From assembly GCA_964016885.1 (NCBI GenBank), contig OZ024740.1, positions 358,360,001 through 358,424,000 on the forward strand: DNA of 64,000 nucleotides, written 5' to 3'. Below, in pieces: positions 13,340 to 27,950 of the stretch; the stretch's first letter is position 1; each line of letters opens with the position of its first letter. This DNA comes from Eledone cirrhosa (taxonomy: Eukaryota). The translations under genes were made by a program, and so were the position numbers. The notes below the pieces were generated by a model that made no database searches, was not told the DNA's origin, and worked only from the letters and a program-made list of their open reading frames with translations.

Positions 13340-13816
13340 ACTTACACACACACATACGAGCGAGATACGGTCTCCCGACCATTCCCGCATCATATGGAAC
13401 AAAACCGTCTAACCCATGCTAGCGTGGAAGATGGACTTTAAACGATGATGATGATATATATATAGTAGTCATGGGACACAGTTATTAGTTATGCAATAAA
13501 TATATTTTGTACTCAGTGTCATTATAATCCAAGATACCTGCATTTGAAATGTGTTCTATCACGTTTATAGAATATTAAATATCAAATGATACATATATAA
13601 TTAAGTTAAAGTGTACATCTACATATGTATACGGAAGTATTAGTATGCATATAAATACACACATGTATACATATGTACATGTACTCAGCTTTTCACTAGA
13701 CACTTTACAGTGAGTGTCAGCTAGTCTGTATGTAACCACACAGGCGGACCGGGTTTTAGAGTCATACGAGTTTTCAAGGAAACACATTTCCTCTATTCTC
13801 CAGAGGGCCAGACAGG

Positions 13817-13861
13817 AATATTGGACTAGTTTCGATGTTATTACATCTCATCAGCAATATT
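13817..13861 (-). ncRNA. Type I hammerhead ribozyme, array copy 1 (further minus copies at 14286-14330, 14755-14799, 15224-15268, 15693-15737)
   Basis: Minus strand reads AAUAUUG-CUGAUGA-GAUGU(aaua)ACAUC-GAAA-C(ua)G-UC/CAAUAUU. Stem I extends over 13795-13889. Confidence 0.92.
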
Positions 13862-16414
13862 TACCCATCTTCCGGCTTCTCTGGAGAATTGTAAAAGCAC
13901 ATATCGTTATATGCTTTCTCTATGAAAATTAGTAGTGGGTAGACTAATTTGCATAGAACGTGAGTCATTGTACGCACCGGTTCAGCGGAAACGATAAAAA
14001 CAAATAACGAAACGAAATTAAATCTCGTTTCGCTTCTAACTCACTTTTGTATGACTGACGCTTAAACAATTAAGTTAAAGTGTACATCTACATATGTATA
14101 CGGAAGTAATAGTATGCATATAAATACACACATGTATACATATGTACATGTACTCAGCTTTTCACTAGACACTTTACAGTGAGTGTCAGCTAGTCTGTAT
14201 GTAACCACACAGGCGGACCGGGTTTTAGAGTCATACGAGTTTTCAAGGAAACACATTTCCTCTATTCTCCAGAGGGCCAGACAGGAATGTTGGACTAGTT
14301 TCGATGTTATTACATCTCATCAGCAATATTTACCCATCTTCCGGCTTCTCTGGAGAATTGTAAAAGCACATATCGTTATATGCTTTCTCTATGAAAATTA
14401 GTAGTGGGTAGACTAATTTGCATAGAACGTGAGTCATTGTACGCACCGGTTCAGCGGAAACGATAAAAACAAATAACGAAACGAAATTAAATCTCGTTTC
14501 GCTTCTAACTCACTTTTGTATGACTGACGCTTAAACAATTAAGTTAAAGTGTACATCTACATATGTATACGGAAGTATTAGTATGCATATAAATACACAC
14601 ATGTATACATATGTACATGTACTCAGCTTTTCACTAGACACTTTACAGTGAGTGTCAGCTAGTCTGTATGTAACCACACAGGCGGACCGGGTTTTAGAGT
14701 CATACGAGTTTTCAAGGAAACACATTTCCTCTATTCTCCAGAGGGCCAGACAGGAATATTGGACTAGTTTCGATGTTATTACATCTCATCAGCAATATTT
14801 ACCCATCTTCCGGCTTCTCTGGAGAATTGTAAAAGCACATATCGTTATATGCTTTCTCTATGAAAATTAGTAGTGGGTAGACTAATTTGCATAGAACGTG
14901 AGTCATTGTACGCACCGGTTCAGCGGAAACGATAAAAACAAATAACGAAACGAAATTAAATCTCGTTTCGCTTCTAACTCACTTTTGTATGACTGACGCT
15001 TAAACAATTAAGTTAAAGTGTACATCTACATATGTATACGGAAGTATTAGTATGCATATAAATACACACATGTATACATATGTACATGTACTCAGCTTTT
15101 CACTAGACACTTTACAGTGAGTGTCAGCTAGTCTGTATGTAACCACACAGGCGGACCGGGTTTTAGAGTCATACGAGTTTTCAAGGAAACACATTTCCTC
15201 TATTCTCCAGAGGGCCAGACAGGAATATTGGACTAGTTTCGATGTTATTACATCTCATCAACAATATTTACCCATCTTCCGGCTTCTCTGGAGAATTGTA
15301 AAAGCACATATCGTTATATGCTTTCGCTATGAAAATTAGTAGTGGGTAGACTAATTTGCATGGAACGTGAGTCATTGTACGCACCGGTTCAGCGGAAACG
15401 ATAAAAACAAATAACGAAACGAAATTAAATCTCGTTTCGCTTCTAACTCACTTTTGTATGACTGACGCTTAAACAATTAAGTTAAAGTGTACATCTACAT
15501 ATGTATACGGAAGTAATAGTATGCATATAAATACACACATGTATACATATGTACATGTACTCAGCTTTTCACTAGACACTTTACAGTGAGTGTCAGCTAG
15601 TCTGTATGTAACCACACAGGCGGACCGGGTTTTAGAGTCATACGAGTTTTCAAGGAAACACATTTCCTCTATTCTCCAGAGGGCCAGACAGGAATGTTGG
15701 ACTAGTTTCGATGTTATTACATCTCATCAGCAATATTTACCCATCTTCCGGCTTCTCTGGAGAATTGTAAAAGCACATATCGTTATATGCTTTCTCTATG
15801 AAAATTAGTAGTGGGTAGACTAATTTGCATAGAACGTGAGTCATTGTACGCACCGGTTCAGCGGAAACGATAAAAACAAATAACGAAACGAAATTAAATC
15901 TCGTTTCGCTTCTAACTCACTTTTGTATGACTGACGCTTAAACAATTAAGTTAAAGTGTACATCTACATATGTATACGGAGTCCAATATTCCTGTCTGGC
16001 CCTCTGGAGAATAGAGGAAATGTGTTTCCTTGAAAACTCGTATGACTCTAAAACCCGGTCCGCCTGTGTGGTTACATACAGACTAGCTGACACTCACTGT
16101 AAAGTGTCTAGTGAAAAGCTGAGTACATGTACATATGTATACATGTGTGTATTTATATGCATACTAATACTTCCGTATACATATGTAGATGTACACTTTA
16201 ACTTAATTGTTTAAGCGTCAGTCATACAAAAGTGAGTTAGAAGCGAAACGAGATTTAATTTCGTTTCGTTATTTGTTTTTATCGTTTCCGCTGAACCGGT
16301 GCGTACAATGACTCACGTTCTATGCAAATTAGTCTACCCACTACTAATTTTCATAGAGAAAGCATATAACGATATGTGCTTTTACAATTCTCCAGAGAAG
16401 CCGGAAGATGGGTA

Positions 16415-16459
16415 AATATTGCTGATGAGATGTAATAACATCGAAACTAGTCCAACATT
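16415..16459 (+). ncRNA. Type I hammerhead ribozyme, plus-strand array copy (also 16884-16928 and 17352-17396)
   Basis: AATATTG CTGATGA GATGT aata ACATC GAAA CTAG TC CAACATT; predicted cleavage after 16452. Confidence 0.9.
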
Positions 16460-17868
16460 CCTGTCTGGCCCTCTGGAGAATAGAGGAAATGTGTTTCCTT
16501 GAAAACTCGTATGACTCTAAAACCCGGTCCGCCTGTGTGGTTACATACAGACTAGCTGACATTCACTGTAAAGTGTCTAGTGAAAAGCTGAGTACATGTA
16601 CATATGTATACATGTGTGTATTTATATGCATACTAATACTTCCGTATACATATGTAGATGTACACTTTAACTTAATTGTTTAAGCGTCAGTCATACAAAA
16701 GTGAGTTAGAAGCGAAACGAGATTTAATTTCGTTTCGTTATTTGTTTTTATCGTTTCCGCTGAACCGGTGCATACAATGACTCACGTTCTATGCAAATTA
16801 GTCTACCCACTACTAATTTTCATAGAGAAAGCATATAACGATATGTGCTTTTACAATTCTCCAGAGAAGCCGGAAGATGGGTAAATATTGCTGATGAGAT
16901 GTAATAACATCGAAACTAGTCCAACATTCCTGTCTGGCCCTCTGGAGAATAGAGGAAATGTGTTTCCTTGAAAACTCGTATGACTCTAAAACCCGGTCCG
17001 CCTGTGTGGTTACATACAGACTAGCTGACACTCACTGTAAAGTGTCTATGAAAAGCTGAGTACATGTACATATGTATACATGTGTGTATTTATATGCATA
17101 CTAATACTTCCGTATACATATGTAGATGTACACTTTAACTTAATTGTTTAAGCGTCAGTCATACAAAAGTGAGTTAGAAGCGAAACGAGATTTAATTTCG
17201 TTTCGTTATTTGTTTTTATCGTTTCCGCTGAACCGGTGCGTACAATGACTCACGTTCTATGCAAATTAGTCTACCCACTACTAATTTTCATAGAGAAAGC
17301 ATATAACGATATGTGCTTTTACAATTCTCCAGAGAAGCCGGAAGATGGGTAAATATTGCTGATGAGATGTAATAACATCGAAACTAGTCCAACATTCCTG
17401 TCTGGCCCTCTGGAGAATAGAGGAAATGTGTTTCCTTGAAAACTCGTATGACTCTAAAACCCGGTCCGCCTGTGTGGTTACATACAGACTAGCTGACACT
17501 CACTGTAAAGTGTCTAGTGAAAAGCTGAGTACATGTACATATGTATACATGTGTGTATTTATATGCATACTAATACTTCCGTATACATATGTAGATGTAC
17601 ACTTTAACTTAATTGTTTAAGCGTCAGTCATACAAAAGTGAGTTAGAAGCGAAACGAGATTTAATTTCGTCTCGTTATTTGTTTTTGATACATATATAAA
17701 TATAGTAAAATAAAATATATATAATATTTATTTATACATAGTATATATTATACTATGAAAATACGATAAAATAAAGTACCAGTAATGTAGTGGTTAATTG
17801 CTGGCCTTGTGCCTAAAGTAGAAACAATTATATTATTTATTATATATAAATTAACGATTTTATTTATT

Positions 17869-18518
17869 ATATACTAGCTGAGGTACCCAGCTTCACCCGG
17901 GAGAACAGGTAAGAGAAGACGGATAAAAGAGAAAACGACTGTATTAGATGTGTTGTCTGGTATGAGGTGAGACCGTAATGTGTGTGTGAGAGACAAAAAC
18001 AATCATAAAACTTCCTTATTAGGCTGGGGGGAGTAAACTGCCGATTAAATAGAATCATTAGCCTTGGATTTTAAATGTGAAATAACCATAGTCAGTATGA
18101 TCTTTTTCAACTCCAAAGGACGTCATCTGAAATGCAGCAATATACTGCATAACATTGCTTCTGAAGTGTTTTGCTTCGTCTGTAAGTAGTATATGGATAA
18201 AAGCTGGAGGGTAGATTAATTTCAAATAGTGTCAATTTTTCTTTGTTCTGTAAAATCAAAGACTGCAAAACGACTTCATAAAAGCTAACGCAATATTGTT
18301 AAACCTTCAACTGATACTTTGATCTATAGTTTAAGCCGATTCTAGACTTTTGTGGGACCTCACTCTCTCTGAATATCTAACACTTTAATTGTATCTCTCT
18401 CTGTATAACGGCCTATATCTTTCTTTCTGCCTCTCTCTCTTTAGATGTGTGTGTGTATGTATTTGTGTGTGCATGTAAACCAACCAATAAACATCTCTTT
18501 TTTATATTATATATAGAT
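17869..18518 (+). mobile_element. Non-autonomous Helentron/DINE-1-like rolling-circle element
   Basis: Starts ATACTAGCTGAGGTACCCAGCTTCACCCGGG, has a subterminal microsatellite, ends TTTATATTATATATAGAT in a T-rich site; no TSD seen. Confidence 0.5.
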
Positions 18519-19594
18519 TATTCACAATTTGCGTGTAGGCAGGTTTCTCTGGAAATAGTTTCGGGGGGCGTTGAGAATCTCTGATGTAAAGTAGAAGACT
18601 ACAAACCCTTAATTACTAAAACATCAACGAAAAGAAACACAAGCTGAGTTGTGTTGCACATAGTGGTTATTTTCATAGTGTGAATGTGCTACCGTGCATA
18701 AGCTATTCGCCAAAATAAGGGTAACAGCCTTTGATTAATTCAACTTGGCTTAACCTTTGTCTCTGAATGCATATTATTAGTTATCAAATTACGACCAGAT
18801 TATAATCACGATACAGTTAGAAAATATATAATTACTGGAAAGAAAATCGATTTCTGTCATACATTTTCAACGAATTTATACATACAAACTCTTACAAAAA
18901 AAAAATGTTTATTCGTGTGGGATCTGAAAACGAATAAGTACTCGTTAAGTAATATATAATTAACAGACTGAATAGAGATGCAAAAGCACATGAAGAAGGG
19001 AGATGAATTAATTAGAACAGCAGGGGAGTTAAGAAATTAGTTATTTAGGGGAAGTGTGGACAATTAAAAATAAAAGGCATATTGTTAAAAGTTGTGTAAA
19101 AGTGAATAATAAACAGGATGTCTTCTGGTAAAATGTCGATCGCATTCGGTCTTTATTTTTGTGACTCTCCTATTATAGCAACACTCAGTCAGTACGTTAG
19201 CTTTGCTCTGCATGGAGTTATCTCAGAACAGCTGCCTAAATATTTCCTAACAGGAAACAGACAAAATTAGTTTCCTAATTTGATGCATGATTCTATCATT
19301 GACTGAGCTAAATGTTTATCAAGATGATAGATGTGCTGCGCTTACCTAGCACACACACAGAATACACGCTCCTAAAACATTGAAACTCAAAGTTGGCGGC
19401 AGAAGTCAACACTGCCATATACACTCGTAACTCAAATTTCGTCTGTTTCATTTGATATACAGCTTAAAGATGACTGGTTTAACGAGGTTCCATGATTACA
19501 CACACAGACATACACACTCACGTACACACGTATGCATACACACATACACAAACACACACGCACATGCATACTCGCTCACAGATTTTTCAATACA

Positions 19595-20218
19595 TACGAG
19601 GGTCGGCTCACTGTGAAGGAGTGATGCTAGAGCTGTGAAATCTTGCATGCATTAATTTTAACTCTTCTTATTAATAACTATATTTTATCTGACTGTTCAA
19701 AGAATACTTCAAATTAATAACTATTCAAAGAATACTTCTTATTAATAACTATATTTTATGTGACTGTTCAAAGAATACTTCAAAAGTAACCAGTAGCGAC
19801 TTCTCTTGAAAATGGACAACATTTCGTATGGTGGTGTTATCAAGTAACCGTAGAAAAGGATTTAACCCCCAAAGACATTCATACTGAGATGGTTGCTATA
19901 TTACAAGGTGACGCTACAGCTTTATCAACAGTGCAAATGGGCAGCTGAATTTAGGAGAGGATGGGAGAGTCTTGAAGATGATCTAAGGTCTGAACTGGCA
20001 CCACCGAGGAATACATTGTGTTCAACATATGGTGATGGATGAAAGGAGATTTACTATAACTCAAATAGCCAATTCTGTTAGAATATCCCGTGAGAGAGTT
20101 GAGAATATCCTGCATAATGAAATTGACATGACGAAGGTTTCCAGGCTGACCACATCACGGGAAAATCTGATTTTGTTTGAGGTAGATTCAGCTGGTTTCC
20201 TTGAACGTTTCCTAGCCC
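19595..20218 (+). mobile_element. Mariner transposon 5' remnant
   Basis: TA-CGAGGGT terminus and DERRFTITQIANSVRISRERVENILHNE..MTKVS, a mariner transposase HTH region; truncated by the adjacent LINE. Confidence 0.7.
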
Positions 20219-20224
20219 AACATG

Positions 20225-21780
20225 CAGGACAATACAAAAACAGGGACACAGGGGGTTTAGATAAAATCATATAAACAAATAAAACAGATAACAATAAACT
20301 GTATAATTATAAAAATAAAAATTCACCAATGGGCTGACTTAGGAACTCCACCGATCTTAAAACAACCCTACTCTTCATGAGCCCGCTAGGAGGGCACCCT
20401 AATCAGGCGCGTAATCAGAATAAGTTCATTCACTCGGGCCAGCCTCGCTACATTCCCCCCCCCCCCCCTTTAATAATTTTACTTGCGGGAAGCGCTTCTC
20501 TCTTCACCCTCAATTTCCTTTCCAAAGGGAGCTTGAAAAAGTTGAGGTCGAAGAGAAAAGTATCTGTCTTCAGCCCTTTGGGCTGTGTCCACCACACAAC
20601 CTCTTTTGCTTTAGCCATTAGACAGAGGAAAACTGCTAGCCCTTCCCGACCGAAAGAAAGCGGTGAGGCGATTTTCCCAATTGAGTCGATTGACAGACAC
20701 GCAATAATAGCTGTTCGACAAAACTCCACAAGTCAGTAATGCACGGACAATGGACGAATGCGTGCAGAACGGTTTTTCTTTCTGCGCGCACCTCGGGCAT
20801 ATCTGTCTGACAGCACTTCCGTGTCTGTAGAGTTACCGACAGTGTACCTCGGTAGCATTGCGAAGCCAAGAATTTCTGGAAGTCCTCCATAGTCCCCGGC
20901 TCGATAGTTCTCCGGAACAGACTGATTAGTTCGATTTCGTCGATGCTAAGAACTTCCCGGAACAGACTGATTAGTTCGATTTCGTCGATGCCAAGAGCTT
21001 CCCCGAGAACGTCGTCGCACTTTCCCACCACTAGTCCTCTATAGAACGCTAGAGTGGAATTTCTTTCTGACTGCATTGCGCTACTGGTAGAGGGCAGTGT
21101 GGGCCTGACAACATTCAAGATGCCAGGTGCCCAATCTCAGTTTTCACTTGATCCACGACTGCAGCCCAGTCAAAGAGATGAGCTGCGGAAAGACCTGTCA
21201 GACAAACGGTGACCATCCTGTTCACTGTTTAGGGAGATCTGTAGATGCTGTAGCATCAGCGCATATGTGTGCATCATCAGCTAGGGCATGCCCAGCCCTC
21301 CGCGTAGAGAGTGCTTGCAGGAGATGGACTGCTACACCAATGGAAGAAGTTGAAGAGTAGGCTCCATTTCGATGAGGCATGAATGGGGCCAAGGTACGAC
21401 GGTCAGGCGGTAATAGAGGACGGATGTGATATACGCACTCGTCACTTCCATCTGAATTTTCAAAGACAGCTTCTTCTCGGCCAATATCTGGGTGGGAGTG
21501 GCCATCCTACTCGTTACCTCGTCCCAGGTCTTATTCATATTAATTGTTGTAAGGAAAGAGGCGTAGCTCACCAACCTCACGAGGTATCAAGACCTATCAT
21601 GTCTTGATGCGATATATCATTGAGAGCCCTGTTCACCTAATCTCTTGCCAGAACATAACGACATATACCTGAGCTCACGCGTTTGACCCGATAAGCAAAG
21701 GAGAATAGAGCGGCCACGTTGGTTATTCTTCCGTTTACGTCACGTTACTGATCCCTATACTTCTGACAAAGTTCCTAAGC
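20225..21780 (-). mobile_element. L1/Tx1-like LINE 3' portion, decayed
   Basis: GC-richer block. The minus strand reads ...W.EKKLSLK...YITSVLYYRLTVVP, a Cys/His-containing C-terminal segment and a T-rich 3' UTR. Confidence 0.55.
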
Positions 21781-22971
21781 CCCATAGTAGTATATGTATG
21801 TGTGTGTTTGTGTGTGTCTCTCTGTATGTATGTAAGTATATATATATAAATATATGAATAATTACTAAGGTAGGATGTTCATTTTTCATATTTCACATTT
21901 TATTTAATTACATAATGTGTCGCAATGCGCATTTCTTGGTAAGTCCGCCTAACGAACAAACCATATTTTAGTTAAAACATTTTTAAAACTCTGCAAAGAA
22001 TATAATACATACTCAAAAATTACAATAGAAGCGACTGGGCCTCCATTTGCTCACAATAGAGAGATGGGAAGATCGGGAGAGACGGAGGCGGTGTTAGTGG
22101 GAGTTTGGGTCTTTTCTGTTCGGACCAGGTGTATATATATATATGTATATACGATAGAATATTACAGTGACAGCTATTATTTTCATAGACACTCACGTTT
22201 CTCTAATTCTCATTTTTACTGTATTGTACCCCCCCCCCCCTATGTCTATATATCATTTCAAAAAAATATTAGTAATCCGAACTTCCAACCCCTTATCTTA
22301 CTACACTAGATCTATACAATACACAGTAACACCCCTCTCCAGGAATAAATACCCAGGCCCTATCAACGTAGAATCTAGATAGTACATACGAGTATTATTA
22401 CCCACTTATTAACTATGAGCCCTTTCTATGTAAACATAGGGGTAATTCATTTATTTTAATGCGTGGTATTAGTAATAACCTAAAAAAACTGCCAGTTTCA
22501 TAAGGATTGTTGACAAAACACATACAATGTCTGATAATGGAGAATATCTGCTTCAGTTAATATCTATGAAACAGGTATTTTGTATGTATTTCTAGTACCA
22601 TGCATTAAAATATATCGGGTACAAGATCTGATAATGGAGAACACGTGCTTTAACTAATACTTTGTATCAAAACCTTTATACTATGGTAATCAGGTAACGT
22701 CAATGTAGATAGCAGGATACAGGTATCATTATGTGTATCTTTGTCAGAAGAATAATATAACAGTTATACTCTGCATCTACATTGAGCACTTTCATATCTA
22801 ACGCATGGAAATATATACTGCGGTATTTCTTCTGATACAACCAACAGACTCTCCAACCAACACAGATGCATGCATACACTTACACACATACACACAGACA
22901 CACACGCGTACATAGTCTCTCTCTCACGCATATATTTCTATATATGTACTCAACCACACCCACGCTCACAC

Positions 22972-23010
<39 letters not shown>

Positions 23011-23013
<3 letters not shown>

Positions 23014-23246
23014 CGAAGGAAATGTGGTAAGGAACCAGGTGGACCATAACGCACCAAAGTACTCAATACTTAGGGTAGTAGAGTGGGTAATAGGAACGAG
23101 TAGGGCCCCGACGGTTGAGCTCAAGCCGTTTCGACGGCTAATTCTGGAGTAAATGAAAATTTTATGTACAAGGATAACATTTTCATTTAGTCCAGAATTA
23201 GCCGTCGAAACGGCTTGAGCTCAGCCGTCGGGGTCCTACTCGCTCC

Positions 23247-23250
<4 letters not shown>
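23011..23250 (-). repeat. Palindromic (TA)n-embedded repeat carrying the 3' half of a hammerhead (other copies at 31828-31925, 47058-47210, 47530-47710, 60542-60730)
   Basis: Inverted arms of about 75 bp around a spacer at about 23163-23178; contains GAAA-CGGC(...)GCCG-UC. Confidence 0.75.
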
Positions 23251-23307
<57 letters not shown>

Positions 23308-23410
23308 CAAGATGTATGGTAGGTCGTATGTGAATCGCGATGATCACGCCTGACCTACCAAATATACGACGGTAGCTAGTTAAGCTCTATGCGTATAAGC
23401 AGAGCAGAAA

Positions 23411-25977
<2,567 letters not shown>

Positions 25978-26560
25978 CACATTTATACACGTGTGTATAT
26001 ATGTGTATGATGTGTATGTATTAATGTTTGTTCTCTTCAGAGAGAAATAATACATTTTAAAGCTTCTGAACAATAATGGTTTATTAATGGTTTGAAATGA
26101 GATGAAATAGCGATTGATTCTCACATATTATGTACGATATATTTGATATATCTTAACACACCCGCCTACTAAACCCACATTTCTTTCTTTAATCTATTTC
26201 AGGTTGGTTTCACATAAACACTTACACATATACACACACATATACACACATACATATTTACACACATACATACATACATACATACATACATACATACATA
26301 CATACATACATACATACATACATACATACATACATCCATCCATCCATACATACACGAAAGGCTGAAAACTCTGCTAAGAGTTTTGCAATCGCTTGTCAGA
26401 TTATAGAGTTTGGTGCACTTTTAGGCTACGGTCAGCCACACGAACCTGTAGCATATCCCGAACAAGTAATACTTCTGCTTTGAAGGTTTTTTAAGTGGGG
26501 AAAGGCTATACATACATACATACATACATACATACATACATACATACATACATACATACA

Positions 26561-27620
26561 TGGTGGCTGCCAACTCGTTTTCGAGTACGGCCACTACTTT
26601 ATATCCATGTAGGAGAACCCCTACCGATGCGCTAAACAAGTGTGACTTTTTAGTCCAGCCAGCGACTTGAAAACTCTGGTACAAACACTACACCTGTGAC
26701 AATTATTGACACATAGTGCTAGACCCATGGTACGATGTGACGACAAGTGCAGAGAGATCTCCAGATATAAAGCAATGCCTGTGCCGTGAAGCTTTTATAG
26801 TGAGCAAAGGCACTGCACAAAGCCAGTCCCACACTCTTAACCAAGATGATATTTAACAAAAAGAAGAACAAGTCAACATCATTGGATACCATCAGGGTTG
26901 CAGGTGTTATATCAGAGCTTTCCTTCTCCTAGAATTCTGCCTTGACAAAGGCTAAGGGGTCATCTCTCTCGGATACATATATACATACATACATACATAT
27001 ATATATATATACATGGTGGCTGCCAACTCGTTTTCGAGTACGGCCAGCACTTTATATCCATGTAGGAGAACCCCTACCGATGCGCTGAATGAGTGTGACG
27101 TTTTAGTCCAGCCAGCGACTTGAAAACTCTGGTACAAACACTACACTTGTGACAATCATTGACACAGTGCTAGGCCCATGGTACCATGTGACGACAGGTG
27201 CAGAGAGATCTCCAGATATAAAGCAATGCCTGTGCCGTGAAGCTTTTATAGTGAGCAAAGGTACTGCACAAATCCAGTCCCACTCTCTTAACCAAGATGA
27301 TATTTACCAAAAAGAAGAACAAGTCAACATCATTGGATACCATCAGGGTTGCAGGTGTTATATCAGAGTTTTCCTTCTCCTAGAATTCTGCCTTGACAAA
27401 GGCTAAGGGGTCATCTCTCCCGGTGATTTTGGATGGTCATTGACGCTTAAGAGCTCCTTTGCCCTTTGACAGGTTTTGTTTTTAGTCCTGCAGGATGTCC
27501 AAAGTCACCCTCCTCGCCAAGAAACCTTGGTGGGGTTGCCAGTTTAGTCGCCAACGACCCGACCATGAGACAGGTTGTACTGGGATACATGTTACCAGTA
27601 GCACCAACTGGTGACCTGAC
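26561..27620 (-). repeat. Local 453-bp-offset duplication of an interspersed repeat resembling an RTE 5' region, between (TACA)n tracts
   Basis: 26561-26968 is nearly identical to 27014-27419; related segments lie at 28340-28480 and 28920-29465. Confidence 0.7.
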
Positions 27621-27709
27621 ATACATACATACATACATACATACATACATACATACATACATACATACATACATACATACATACATACATACACACATAT
27701 ATACATGAT

Positions 27710-27950
27710 GGACTCTCCAGATTCAAGATTACTCTTCAGCCTTTTCTTATACTTGAGCCATGACCTTTCTACTTTCCTATTAATAATTTGAAGCTGAGTG
27801 TACACGAGGATCTTAAGTATTCGATCATCGTTCATTTTGAGGACATGGCCAGTCCATCGTAATTGAGATTGCATGATGAAAGTCTCAATGCCTCCAATTA
27901 TGCACTTAATTAACAGAGCAACATTTAAGACCTTATCTCCAAGTGTGTAA
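27710..27950 (-). mobile_element. RTE-clade LINE fragment
   Basis: QLRWTGHVLKMNDDRILKILVY motif. Confidence 0.65.

Larger units (their letters stand above)
13599..17686. mobile_element. Retrozyme-like tandem array: about 8.7 copies of a 469-bp hammerhead-bearing monomer, internally inverted at about 15980, with a 14-bp TSD
   Basis: Units start at 13599, 14068, 14537, 15006, 15475 and 15944; the sequence is reverse-complemented from about 15980 to 17686. TGATACATATATAA lies at 13587-13600 and 17686-17699. One hammerhead per unit. Confidence 0.9.

Noticed and set aside
13575-17620. Repeated 64-aa and 72-aa ORFs in the 469-bp array
   Set aside because: Short, overlapping on opposite strands, no recognisable domain, and one copy is frameshifted (about 17049). 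The conserved feature is RNA structure.
13599-17686. CRISPR array or ordinary centromeric satellite
   Set aside because: There are no unique spacers and the context is eukaryotic. The TSD, inversion and ribozyme argue against a plain satellite.
22525-22582. CTGATAA...GAAACAGGTA hammerhead-like trace
   Set aside because: G8 is missing and stem I does not pair; at best a decayed relic.
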